In this document: positions 12,795 through 25,600 of the stretch, piece by piece
Layout: every line of letters starts with the position of its first letter
Numbering within the stretch: position 1 is the first letter of the stretch
Source of the DNA: Tubiluchus corallicola
Taxonomy: Eukaryota > Animalia > Priapulida
Assembly (NCBI GenBank): GCA_030141605.1
Contig: JAQGDQ010000310.1
Coordinates: 62,001-126,000, forward strand
DNA length: 64,000 nucleotides
Direction: 5' to 3'
Translations under genes and position numbers: made by a program
Notes under the pieces: generated by a model
Seen by the model: the letters and a program-made list of their open reading frames with translations, nothing else
Databases searched by the model: none
Told to the model about the DNA's origin: nothing

Positions 12795-14330
12795 TCTCCA
12801 AATTTTGGTTGTTCTACTAAGTATTTACGATTTCCTGATTTATAATAAACAGATATAATTTACTCATAGCCGACTATCGAAGAATATGAAGCTCAGAGCA
12901 ATCCATCACACAACCTTCGCATACGTCTGCTATAGTCCAATTAAAAAACTGCTCTACAGTAGTAACAAGTTAACAGCAACAGTATGCGTTTAATCCTACT
13001 GTAGACGCAAAAAGTCAACGTTGAAAACGATTTCTGGTTTTATTCTGCAAAAGAATTAATTATTTTATGTAAGTGTAATTGATTAGTCGGAAATCTTATA
13101 ATTATTGACACTAAAAGATATTAGTACCAAAAAATATTAGTACAATAATTAGAAAACTCGAAAACTTTATTTTCTATAGCAGAGTTGTGTCGAACAGGCG
13201 ACTTATTTTATTCTAGTGGCGTCACTAGTGTTTGTCACAACAGTATATCAGCGAGATCGGAATAATCACTCACTATTTCATGGAATTAATTAGTCTTTAG
13301 TAGTATTCCGTAATATACTGCAGCAGTTTGCAATCGTCGTCTCTTTGGAATAACGCACTGTGATTAGGTGAATATCTTACCTTTAAGTCTCGCTTTCCAA
13401 ACTCATCCCTGAACTAATAATATCTAGCAACGAAATAAGCATGCAATGAGAAAATCAAACTGAAATGACACAATAAACAAATAAAGTAGATTGGTTTGTG
13501 TGTGATATTATAATAACTGGCAAAAAGGAACCAAAATCATAAACAAAGCAATAACTTGCAAATTAGAAGCATAAGCTGCTGTGTTTAAGCATAAAGCAGA
13601 AGCGTAAAGTAACTGCAACCTAAATAATTGTGCTGTGGAGAAAAAACAAGAGGTTAAGGTAGCAAAAAATAAGAACAATATGTCAATAATAAGAAAAGCA
13701 TGCTATGAATATAATTTACTGGACAAATATTGTGCATGCAGGCATACGTGCCAGAGTAGTGATAAGAAGAAAAGATCATTAATGAACATATTTCTTTCGG
13801 GTTGGTACAATATTTACACTTTACACGACAGGGGGGGGGGGGCTGGAACGAATTACGCCATTTATAAATCTTGTCTCGTAATTCGAAAATTCTAAGATAT
13901 GAAAGCCCCTCCGGAACGAATTAATTTCGTGACTCGAGGTATTGCTGCACTTATTTTTGCTGTTTTGCTAACCATTTCTTTTCTTGCATTATTTATCGAT
14001 GTGGCTGAGGTCAGCTGATTAGCTAAGACATTTACAGACAGGTGTATTCGTTGTTCCAGGTATCATTTAAACTTTTTATAATCCAAGCAAGTGGCCCAGT
14101 TCTATACCTTTATGCTTATTATTTATTTTTACTGTTTATTGAAAAGAGTCCAAATTGTAACTCAACTCAACTGATGTAAATAATTTGTTACAGTTTAAAG
14201 TGAAAAGCCAGGAAGTTTGGTGGCTGCATAGAACATACATTCTTTATTGCTAAAACACTTACAGACTGAGTTACCATAGTGGCTGCATATGGACAGACAG
14301 GCCTAGTGGTGACTAGCGAGTGCTGCAAAC

Positions 14331-14759
14331 ATGTCGTACATGTTACAGCATCTGCACAATGGTTGGCAGGTTGACCAGGCCATCCTTTCAGAAGAGGATC
14401 GTGTAGTCGTCATTCGTTTCGGTCACGATTGGGACCCCGCTTGTATGAAAATGGACGAAGTGTTGTACAGCATCGCGGAGAAAGTGAAAAACTTCGCCGT
14501 CATTTATCTCGTGGACATTTCCGAGGTGCCAGATTTCAACAAAATGTACGAACTGTACGATCCGTGTACTTGCATGTTTTTCTACAGAAATAAACACATG
14601 ATGATTGATCTCGGCACCGGAAACAATAACAAAATAAACTGGCCGTTAGAAGACAAGCAGGAAATGATAGACATTGTGGAGACCGTGTATCGTGGCGCAA
14701 GGAAAGGGAGGGGTCTCGTAGTATCACCCAAAGATTATTCCACCAAATACAGATATTAA
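14331..14759 (+). CDS. TXNL4A: Thioredoxin-like protein 4A / Dim1 (U5 snRNP 15 kDa)
   Basis: 142-aa ORF MSYMLQHLHNGWQVDQAILSEEDRVVVIRFGHDWDPACMKMDE...RGARKGRGLVVSPKDYSTKYRY, nearly the canonical animal Dim1 sequence; no intron in CDS. Confidence 0.98.
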   Translation: MSYMLQHLHNGWQVDQAILSEEDRVVVIRFGHDWDPACMKMDEVLYSIAEKVKNFAVIYLVDISEVPDFNKMYELYDPCTCMFFYRNKHMMIDLGTGNNNKINWPLEDKQEMIDIVETVYRGARKGRGLVVSPKDYSTKYRY

Positions 14760-15060
14760 TGTAAATTTCTTTTTTTATGAATTATTTTGAATGAAAATAT
14801 TTTCATTTTAACACTATTTATGTGTAACGAACCTTGTTTTTATTACAAGGGTAGTAAGATGTTTAACTCGTGTTGGTGTAACTACCGTTTTAAATCATTT
14901 GTTGCTGTAGCTGTTGTTACAGCTCGAGCTATACACGCATAACTATGGAGGCATTCATCATTAAAATAATGGGTGTTTATTACTACTGCTTAAAATGAGA
15001 ATCATTTCAGTATAATTCAATAATTGTTTGACCAGTACATCTAGCGTATGTTTTACGTAT

Positions 15061-15613
15061 TTGAAGGACAACCGGATGATTGTTTATACTCAATCTCATT
15101 TTAATTTACTGTCCAAAATATACATTTTCTTGCCTATAAAAGCTAGTAATTGTTTCTTATATTTTAATAATTAGCTTAGAAAGTTAGGTAACGGCAGTCG
15201 AACGCAGATATTGCTTACGTCAGAGACTAACCACAGTTTGTGCAATCACAGGATCTTCCCTTGCGCGTCAAACACGTTTGCGTATGTGTTGCTGTTTAAA
15301 CATGTGATGTCACGAAAATGGGCTCTATATCATATGACGTCAGAAACTAACACAGCAGTTTGTGAGTATGGTTATCACGGTGCCGCCTTCTATTAGTCGG
15401 CAACGTGCACGTGACAAAAAGGTGCCGCTGCCAATCTTAGTAGATTCACTGAGCCTCGCGTAGCTTTGAAAGTTTAAAAGAAATTTGAGTATCTGAGGTA
15501 ATTATTATTTAATGTAAGCTTTGCTATAAAAAAATATCTATTGTAGTTTTCAGTATATTAGAGCATGCTTTATTCTGAAGTAATGTTTACACAATCGTCC
15601 GGTTTTGTTTTAA
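15061..15613. mobile_element. Kolobok-like non-autonomous element, family A
   Basis: Colinear similarity to 4470-4953; ends GAAGGACAACCGGATGATTG / CAATCGTCCGGTTTTGTTTTAA. Confidence 0.75.
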
Positions 15614-16029
15614 AGAAATTCTCACTGCAACGTCTCTTCATATATTCAAAACATTTATTACTTTGGTACATCGTAAGTATGTACCGTGCTGCCATGGTTA
15701 AATAGAGTTGCATTCATATTTACATTAACCACTGTGACAAACCAAAGTTGAATATCGGCGAGCCTAGTTAGTAAGTGGTTGATGGCTGTTGGTCAGTTAT
15801 TTATTAACAATTTTGCAGAATTTTATTGTTGTCCTACTTATCTGTACAATTTACGGAGTTTTGAAGTTCTTAATAATCAGAACAGCATCAGTTTAATAAA
15901 TAACCATCAGTATAATAAATTTCGTAACATTTTTATTAAGAAAACCAAATTTTCACTGTACACCTGTACACTTAATAAGCGACAGTGGTCTGGACAGGCA
16001 AATTGAACTGGAGAACAAATGCAAACTAA

Positions 16030-16156
16030 ATAAAATTCGCGTTTCAACGTTAAAACAATTGCGTAGTTTAAGACACGTTTACTTTACTCGTTTACTGTTT
16101 GTATGGTAGATTAGTTCGTTTCCTTAATATTTTTGCAAACAGCTGTTGAGGTAAGA
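16030..16156 (+). promoter_or_regulatory. Candidate promoter / non-coding first exon of nucleobindin
   Basis: CpG-containing patch ending in strong donor GAG|GTAAGA at 16150; the first NUCB coding exon is preceded by an acceptor (TTGTGTTTTAG, 19651) so an upstream exon is needed. Confidence 0.45.
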
Positions 16157-17255
16157 ATGCATTAAATGTTCGTAACTGCAGTGAACTATTAAGCGATGGC
16201 ATTATGACTGTATCCTCTTACAAGTGTTTGTGTGTTATTGCTGTTAAATAGTTTCATTAAAAACTGAATTATATTTATTTTTACTTGTAAACTAAATTAG
16301 TTACTAGATGATGTTGCGCATTCGAAAAATTGCCACAGTAAGTGTCTAAAATGTAGGGAGTACTCGTTCAGTGGATTAAAAATGTTGACGTGAAATATAT
16401 ATATGTATATTAATTCTTTATTTGTCTTTAAAATGGTTCACTCATTATAATAAAATTGAGTAAGCCTCGGCGTAATGTTAAAATAACAACACCGTTCAAG
16501 ACAAATGCGTCCAGTGCATACTAAAAAAACTAAAGTGCAAAACTAAGGCCTAATTATATACAATATATGAACATATTTACAAACACCTTATTAAAATATT
16601 TTTACAAAACAATATTAGAAAAGTACACTAAATTTTACGTGACATATTTTACACTATATATACATTTGACATGACACAATTCGTAACATGCTTTACATTA
16701 CATAAATTTCACTGTGATATCCGCGATATCATGCTAAAACTCGTTACTAATATTTTGTCATCTATAAAATATCAAGTAAGTGTGGACAAAGCTATGATTT
16801 GAGCTTAACACAAATGCCTTCAGGGAGTACCCCAGTTTTTCCCAAGATGTCTATGCGGCACTAAATTTTGAGTGTTTTTGCACTAACCATAACGAAACAC
16901 GGAAGTTCATAAAGAAATAAACCCGCTTTTTTGTATCACGCTAGTCAGTAGTGAATTTCAACAGCAAGTGTCTACCAAGGTGTCAGTGGAGCGTTAAGAG
17001 TATTTGTCTCACGCTGTATGAAACAGTGTGACTGTGTAGTACTGTATAAACATAGAAAACACTTCTTAATAGATCTCTTCTTTTTAGAGATCCAGCCTCT
17101 TAATAAATGAATTAACTATACAACAAGGTGCATTTATTAAGTGAAGTACGGCATGTTGCTTATATGGTAAACAATACACAAAAGTTTGTAGCTGTATATT
17201 GTTGGTACTACACAAAAATACGTTAAAAACTGTGACTGTAACAAGCACTGTGTAA

Positions 17256-17945
17256 AGGTAATGATACATCTGCGTTCGCGACTCGCATGTACGTGTGGCA
17301 GCTGGTCGCACTTGAAATAGAAATACTTGCTCTCAAGCTGTAATGATACACTAGGCAGTTGCGATGCGCATTCGCTACTTGAGACGCACGACTGCTTGCG
17401 AGAAATAGTTGGCCGTACTATTTTTCGAGCAGCTGTTGCTCGCGTGCGTGATGTCAGCAATGCAGCAGCCAATCATCTGCCGAGATGACGTCACTTTTCT
17501 GCTGTCAATGTCGAAATTTAGTGTTCTGACGCTCAATGAAAGGCATAACCAAATCAATTAATTCACTGAATGTTTGAATACCATTCGTAAAAAAGATTTA
17601 TATGCAATTAAATCACAAGATTGTAAATCAGGCAACAGTTTGTTGTAAGCACCGTGTTTATACCTCTTAGCTAGCCATTCGTGCTGCCAAATTATCCTAT
17701 TTCTTTTTCTCTTTCTTTTTCGTCTAAACAATAATCGAATAGTCATCAAACAAACAATTTTTTATCTTCCACGGCCCACAGTTAACGAGATAATGCAAAT
17801 TCCCGCCAAATAAGCAAGTACTTTACTTCTGCCATCACGCGCGTACGCGCCGATCCGGTTGCTCTGATGTATCACCTCAAGCAGCGCGTGTTACCCGAGA
17901 CGCTAAACGTGCACGCGAGTCGCGAACGCAAATGTATCATTAACT
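17256..17945 (-). mobile_element. PIF/Harbinger internal-deletion derivative with transposase remnant
   Basis: ~40-bp TIRs AGGTAATGATACATCTGCGTTCGCGACTCGC / GCGAGTCGCGAACGCAAATGTATCATTAACT flanked by TAA/TTA; minus ORF 17558-17749 (IWQHEWLAKRYKHGAYNKLLPDL...YKSFLRM) resembles the Harbinger transposase N-terminus. Confidence 0.85.
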
Positions 17946-18377
17946 TTAGCAGGAGTATTTTAAAAATGTAAATAATTGCTGATCGATTTTTTCACTGTGG
18001 AATTTGATTCCATTCATTGCTACAGTTTTAGCTTTTAAAGGCTTTATCGATAAGTAACAGCAAACAGTATCAGCTTTGTCGGTGAACAGTAACAGCAAAG
18101 TTTTGCATAATGTATTTGGTACATGCGTATGTAGCGACGTGACTTTGTTCAACTTTTCTGCTGCCTGTATAATATTTCTAATGGTTATCAAAATCTCGAA
18201 CTGCAATAGACTTAGTTTCTAGTAAGGCCAGTTTGCATGTTTGAGTCATCATTGGTGCTTTCAAAAGTCATTTATGTGTCAGAATATATACTTCAAAATT
18301 TGTTACAAGTGTTTTAAAATTGTTTATTTTAAAGTACAGATTAATTGTGGCATGATTTTGTGACATTTTTATCAACT

Positions 18378-18562
18378 TATTGTTATTGTTATGTCTTTTA
18401 TTGTTATTATTAGTATTATTATTGCTATTATTATTATTTTGACTATTATTATTATTATTATTATTATTATTGCTATCATTATTATTATTATTACTGCTAT
18501 TATTATTATTATTATTATTGCTATTATTATTATTATTATTATTATTGCTATTATTATTATTA

Positions 18563-18594
<32 letters not shown>

Positions 18595-18695
18595 GTTATT
18601 ATTATTATTATTGCTATTATTATTATTATTATTATTATTGCTATTATTATTATTATTATTATTGCTATTATTATTATTATTATTATTATTATTGC

Positions 18696-18768
<73 letters not shown>

Positions 18769-18802
18769 GCTATTATTATTATTATTGCTATTATTATTAT
18801 TA

Positions 18803-18873
<71 letters not shown>

Positions 18874-18884
18874 GCTATTATTGC

Positions 18885-18921
<37 letters not shown>
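18378..18921. repeat. (ATT)n microsatellite with GCT/GTT interruptions
   Basis: Direct reading; explains poly-Ile and poly-Leu ORFs. Confidence 0.98.
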
Positions 18922-18922
<1 letters not shown>

Positions 18923-18939
18923 CTATTTATGTTCCAGTG

Positions 18940-19437
18940 TCAACTTTTTTAACATTTAAAAATTACTAAATTAAATGGTGCAATTATTGTAATGTTTTCG
19001 CTTCCCGACTGACTACATACTAAATTTTAGCCATTTGTATCAAGTTTTTGTCTGTAACCTGTTGCTTAACAACCAGATTAGTACTACATGACATTGTCTC
19101 AAGGTCGCTTTATGCAGAGCCTAGCTTTCATTACCTAGTATTTAATACGCAGTGCTTAAACGGGAGGAGAAGTCGCTAGCAAGTCTAGCTAGATAGATGC
19201 TGGTAAGAAAGATTGGTGGTTTCAAACAAACAGAAAGAAATTAATCAGTAGAAATATGAATAAAACTCATAAAACATTTAATTTATATGTTTAGAGCAGC
19301 AATGATTTTTGCCTCTGGAACGCATCTCAATTCGCTTACGTTACTTCCTATAGAAGTTTTGGCTTCGTTTAGCGACGTTTCGCTTAACGTCGCATTTTAC
19401 TGGAATGCATTAGCGTCGTTAAGCGAGGACTTAGTGT
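18940..19437. mobile_element. Partial family 2 MITE
   Basis: Matches right half of 8016-8731, ending GTTAAGCGAGGACTTAGTG|TA. Confidence 0.75.
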
Positions 19438-19686
19438 AGTTATCAAAGTTTTGAACTGGAATGAACTCGAGTTCTAGCCCGACGGGTTTGGATGTTCAAT
19501 CAGTTCTCATCGATGCTTTCAAAAGCCGTTTTCTGTATCAGGTTGTCTGGTATAGAATTTGTTGTAATATTTTTTAGAATGTTTGTTTTAAAGTAGTTTA
19601 ATTCTAGAAGGATTTTGTGACATTATCGATATAAGTGTATTTGTGTTTTAGTGTCAAATTTCACACGTAGTGTAGTGTTACTCAAG

Positions 19687-22600
19687 ATGTATGCTAAACT
19701 CTCAGTCTTCCTCTTTTTCTACTTGCTGTCCGGCATCGTATGTCCACCGCTGGACAAATCAAAGGCGAACGAAACAAAAGAACCAGAACAAGAAAATGAA
19801 GCAGAGCCACCTGGTGTAAGTATCGTAAACTTTATGTGCATCTGTGGCAAGTGTTTTGAACATTCTTGTGGGCCTACTCTGAGCGACAGTTTGACCTATT
19901 TGCTTTCTACCTGTTTATGTTATACTTCGCGCTATAATACTCTGTTTTCTACAACTTAAGTAGGAACAACTTCCGGAAAAAATGAAGTATTTGAACGTAT
20001 TTCGCCGATATTATTATTGTATTCGTTATTGTAAGCGAGCTCCAATACTTCCAGTGTTTAATATTTGCTTTGAGTATAACTTCTAAATTTTACCCTGCCG
20101 TAAGTTATATTTGCATTAACTGTATACAAATATATTTGCTTGCGGTTTATTGAAAAACTGATTTTCATCTTTTTTTCATAGGAACTTGAACTAGAGTACG
20201 AGAAGTATTTGAAAGAGGTAGTTGAAGTGCTTGAACAAGATCCGGATTTTAAAAATAAACTGGAAAATGCAGATTTGGATCATATAAGGGTAAGTAAGAA
20301 GATGATAAGTATTTTACAAAGTCTAGAATTAGATCGCTGGTTCCTAGCCAAGTGCTTTTACAGTCAACCTCGGGTATAAGGTACTCGCTTATAAGGGACC
20401 ACCAACACCGGCCCCGATTTTTCGTAAAGTTTTTCCTCTGTAAAAACTTCGTATATAAGGTACTCGGATATAAGGGATTTTCGGTTATAAGGAACAATAT
20501 CTTCAAGTTCCGCGTAATAGAAACCCAGGTAAATTACCTCGCATGTAAGGGACCCTATGATCAAAGTGAAATTGTTCGATTTTTAACCTCAATTTTTCGC
20601 AAACTCGGCCTTCGAACAGCTCGGTTTTCGCAGTCACATCACGGAAGGAGCTTCCTACATACCATTTGCACTGAATAATCCATAAAAATATGGGTAAAAG
20701 TACAGAAAAGTACAGGTCTACGTACACCCTCGGTCTTACTCAACTTCAGCTATAAGGGACGATTTTTTCCAGTCCGGAGGTGCAACTTATATCCGAGGTT
20801 GACTGTACTTTGCTAGCCTTTTACTAGCCAAGTATCAGCGATCTGCCTCGTACCCCTTAACATTTTTTAGCAATATAAGTTTCAAGAAAACATTATTTAC
20901 TACTTTGATTTAGCTATACAAGCGTGATTTAATTATACAAGCAAAACCGATAAACAAAACAGCAAGTTCAGAACAAAGTGCAAGATCGGATGTCAAACCA
21001 GAAGACGAACTTGCAGTCGAACTTTGAAGTAGCGTTGCATATAAGAAATCTATATTGCGTAAAGAAGGCAGCATTCCAGTCAATCAGATACAGCGTATGT
21101 GCAATTAACTGAATATTGGCAGTGGCGTCATCTACAACTAACACAATGAAAAAAGAACATTACTGATAACTAATAAAACTTCAAAACATTGATTACGTAC
21201 AAAATTTACTTATTTACAAAGTAAAAGAACACTAAAATGATGAATATGGTAAAATTAGTTACTTTTATTATGTATAAAAATTAGCATATTGTATATCGTA
21301 ATTATGATGTCATCGATAACCAGACGCTGTCTTAGTTGAAACTGTATTTCTGTATAACTCTGAGCTCTTCACATTAAAAGCAAATCATAAAGCTGAAATC
21401 GATGCGTTTCAAAGGCGAAATTATAGAAACATCTTGGGTATTAGATGGCCAAAGAAAATTTCAAACAAAGATCTATATGAAAAAATAAAAGAAGAACCTT
21501 GGACAAGAAAAATAAAAAGACGCCGTTTAAAATGTATTGGGCATATGCTTAGACTACCTGATGACGTTCCAGTGAAGATAGCTCTTCAACAAGCCATAGA
21601 ACCAGCTAAAAAACCTGCAGGAGGACAAATGTCAACATATTTAGATTTTGCACAGAAAGATTTAAACACTTCAGCATTGATCCTTAGAAATAAATCCACT
21701 TGGGGCATTGCAACGTGTAGGGAGTCCTGGCATAGAGAGGTGAGCAGAATCATGTCCCTGGACGTGTGATTCAAGAAAGAAAAGAAGAAAAGATGCTATT
21801 TTAGGCATTTTACCCCATTAAATTCGCGTTCGTGGAAAAATATAAGAATTGTCAGCAGGCGTATCAAAATCATGTCTGTTTTGGGGTATTACGTAGGTTA
21901 ATTTGTACATGATAAAGTTGTTATTATCTGCTGGTTTGAACTTCTTCATTTTCTGCCTTTTTCTAGTCTGGCAGGATAGCCCATGAGCTGAATTTCGTCG
22001 GACATCAAGTTCGCTCGAAACTGGACGAAGTGAAAAGAAAAGAGATGGATCGACTTCGCGGGGCAGCTAGACAAATGATGTTAAAGAAAGAGGGTAAATT
22101 TAGATAAATTTAAAAGTTTTTTTGATTTGAGATGGTTTTTTGCCAAGTTCGAGTGCAAGTTCAAATAAATTAAAAATCTCATACATACGCAAATTGTTTA
22201 ATATCTAATATCTTACTGTACTCATTTACCACTTTATCCTCCAAATTCTGTCTACTAGTGTTAAGTAACTTAACATGCAGGCCTTACACATATAGAATTT
22301 GTACATCTCAAAGCAAAATATAATTAAACATAACTAAATAATTATTATAGCAGATTCTTTTTTTTTTATCTAAAACAGATCGTTGTATGTTTTTCGTATT
22401 TCGTTTGCACAGATCTATTTTCTATTTCTTAGTTTAACCACAAGTGAAAATACTTTTAAAAATGGAGTCAGATTTTTCCAAAATAAAAAACGATGAAGCG
22501 TGAAGTTAATGGCATTGATAGGCAAAAGAATTATAAAACGGAAATGCAAATAGCAGGTGTTTTACAACACGTACTTTCTTTTATACAGTAGTTGTCGTGG

Positions 22601-25600
22601 TGACTTTTGCGACAACAGTAAAACAAAAACGAGAGCTTTTCCTTCTGCCATAACGCTAAATTTATTAACTCCTCGAACCAGTTCCTACAGCTATACGTAA
22701 ATTAATTCACTTTGGCTTCTTTACGGCGGGTGAATCGTGAAGCCCAAACTTCATGACAGTAGTCGTCGCTTAACTCTTTCACGGCTTTTGTTTGTTTTCA
22801 TTTTAAATCTCCCGCACTACTGTTCCGAAGTCGCCATTACATGACGTCACTATGCCACGTAAACCAGGGGAAGAAAAGGAAATGTTAAATTATGTCCTAA
22901 AAAACTTTACATGAAAATATCTGTTACTTAGCTTTTCGCTAACCTGCTTGAAAGACTTATGTAACTAGAAATAATAATTTAAAATGTTTTCACCAATTGA
23001 TAAAATGTCGCTGACTCACCCTCCAGGGTGCACCAGTCACTAACCAAAAACATATTTTTAAACTTATTGACAAGATACAGTAATTTAAAATTTTACTCAG
23101 TTAGTGACGCGTGTGCTACGAATGCTCTGATTATTTTTTCAAAGTTTACACAATGTTATCTAATCTTATTTCAAATGACCTGTTGTAAAAATGGCTGCAT
23201 CTAACGGTCATCACGAGAGTTTAAATTTACATGCTTTATACAGCGTAACTCCTGTATGCAAAAATGTATGCAAAAAGGCAGTATGAAAGTGGTATAAAAT
23301 TTCAAGACGAGTTTTTTAAGCTTATGTTTATGACGGGTTTTCCTGTGCTTTAAGCATTTATAAGTGATGTAATTGGAAAAATTAACAATATCACACCCTT
23401 TTCGGACACTCAAATTTAGCCTCTGGAGTAGCTTAGTATGGTGTACACTGGTGTGATTGTACACATTGTTTTATTGTTTGCCTACTTGTTACAGCCCAAA
23501 CTCTGCTGTGTTCTGCTGCTATTCCAGGATAGCCTACCAATCAGCCGAGGCGAAATTAAGGTCGTTTCATCTTTTAATAGAAATTTCTTCTTAAAAATAA
23601 GGGGTAGACTTGAGGCTAGAGTCTCCCAGAGTGTCTGGGTGAAGCATTTAAAGTATAAGAAAACCCCTCATAAACATAAAGCTTAAAAAATTCTCCTTGA
23701 AATTTTTATATCACTACGTACTGCCTTTTTGCATGCAGGACTTCAATCAGCAGTCACACTGTATAAAACATGTAAATTTAAACTCCCGCAATGACCGTTA
23801 GATGCAGCCATTTTGATGACAAATCATTTGAAACAAGTTTAGATAACACTAAGTAAACTTTTGAAAAATATCAGAGCATTCGTAACAGATGTCACTAACT
23901 AAGTAAAATTATATATTGCTGTATCTTGTCAATAAGATTAAAAATACGTTTTTGGTTAGTGAGTGGCGCACCCTGGAGGGTGAGTCAGCGACATTTCACC
24001 AATTGGTGAAAACATTTTATATAATTAATAATTTTCCTTTCTAGTTAAATAAGTCTTTCCAGCAGGTAAGCGAAATTCTAAGTAATATAGATTTGCATGG
24101 AAAGTTTTTTGGGACATAATGTAACATTTCCTTTTCTTTTCCTGTCTCCTGTGTGTACATGACATCATGTAATGGCTCCGTCGGAACAGTATTGCGGGAG
24201 ATTTAAAATGAAGACAAACAAAAATTTCTTTCAACGCGAGTAAGATATGTGCATAAAGTTGCTATAAAATAATATAATTTTTAAGGCAATTTTTCTAAAA
24301 CCTGCTATAGGTACCCCTTTTCTGGTCCTTTAAGTACCTCACATTGCCAAATGCACACGCTTCCAACAGGCCACCGCATAATAAAACCGCCGTTTATTAA
24401 GAACCACTTAATTTCGTTCTATTAATTGGTTTTATTAAGCGCCGACCACTGATGCACGGTAAAGACTCCTTGAGCTAGAATGTTTTTCTTCCAGGGAAAG
24501 AGTTACTAAAATCCGGAAGATTTGCACAGCACATAGATCACGATAATCCTGAAACGTTTGACATTCAAGACTTAATGAAGCTGATACAGCAGGTACGAGT
24601 ATAGCGGTGGTAAGATTTAATTTATTATAATCAGTTTGGACATTTATTTCTGATCTTTGATTATTTTTTCAGTTGCCGTTGTAAGTCGATTGTAATAACA
24701 ACATCATTTTTGACTTATTTTTTGCAAAAACCACGAAAATTGCATGGCATACATTGCTGCTATTGCAATAAAATTAAGTAATATGATGAAGTGGCTGTTG
24801 CCTTGATGAGATTTTGGTGACGAGAAACTTGTCTAGCTTTTTGTTGTGTTGTGGTTGGTTGGTTTACGTTGTGTATTTTGTATTATGTGTTATTTCTGTA
24901 GTTATCACTTTAACATCTAAGGTTGGGCAGTCAATGTATTATGTGTTATGTCTGTAGTTATTACTTTAACAGCTAAGGTTGGGTAGTCAATGTATTATGT
25001 GTTATGTCTGTAGCTGATCTAAGGTTGGGCAGTCACTGTATTATGCGTTATGTCTGTAGCTATCACTTTAACATCTAAGGTTGGGCAGTCACTGTGTTGT
25101 GTGTTATGTGTTATGTCTGTAGTTATCACTTTTTAACATCTAAGATTGGGCAGTCAATGTATTATGTGTTATGTCTGTAGTTATCACTTTTTAACATCTA
25201 AGATTGGGCAGTCAATGTATTATGTGTTATGTCTGTAGTTATCACTTTTTAACATCTAAGATTGGGCAGTCAATGTATTATGTGTTATGTCTGTAGTTAT
25301 CACTTTTTAACATCTAAGATTGGGCAGTCAATGTATTATGTGTTATGTCTGTAGTTATCACTTTAACAGCTAATGTTGGGCAGTCAATGTATTATGTGTT
25401 ATGTCTGTAGTTATCACTTTAACATGTAAGGTTGGGCAGTCAATGTGACCGGGTCCCCTCAGGGAGGGTTTGAAGATAGTTAGTAGGGACTGGGTCCCCG
25501 CCATTAGAGTTTGAAGATAGTGAGTAGGGACCGAAATCTGGATCTTTCCCGGTGCTTCACCCGATGACCATTTTCCTCTGGTGGTAATTTTGTATGTGTG

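Noticed and set aside
18391-18969. Poly-Ile / poly-Leu ORFs
   Set aside because: (ATT)n microsatellite.
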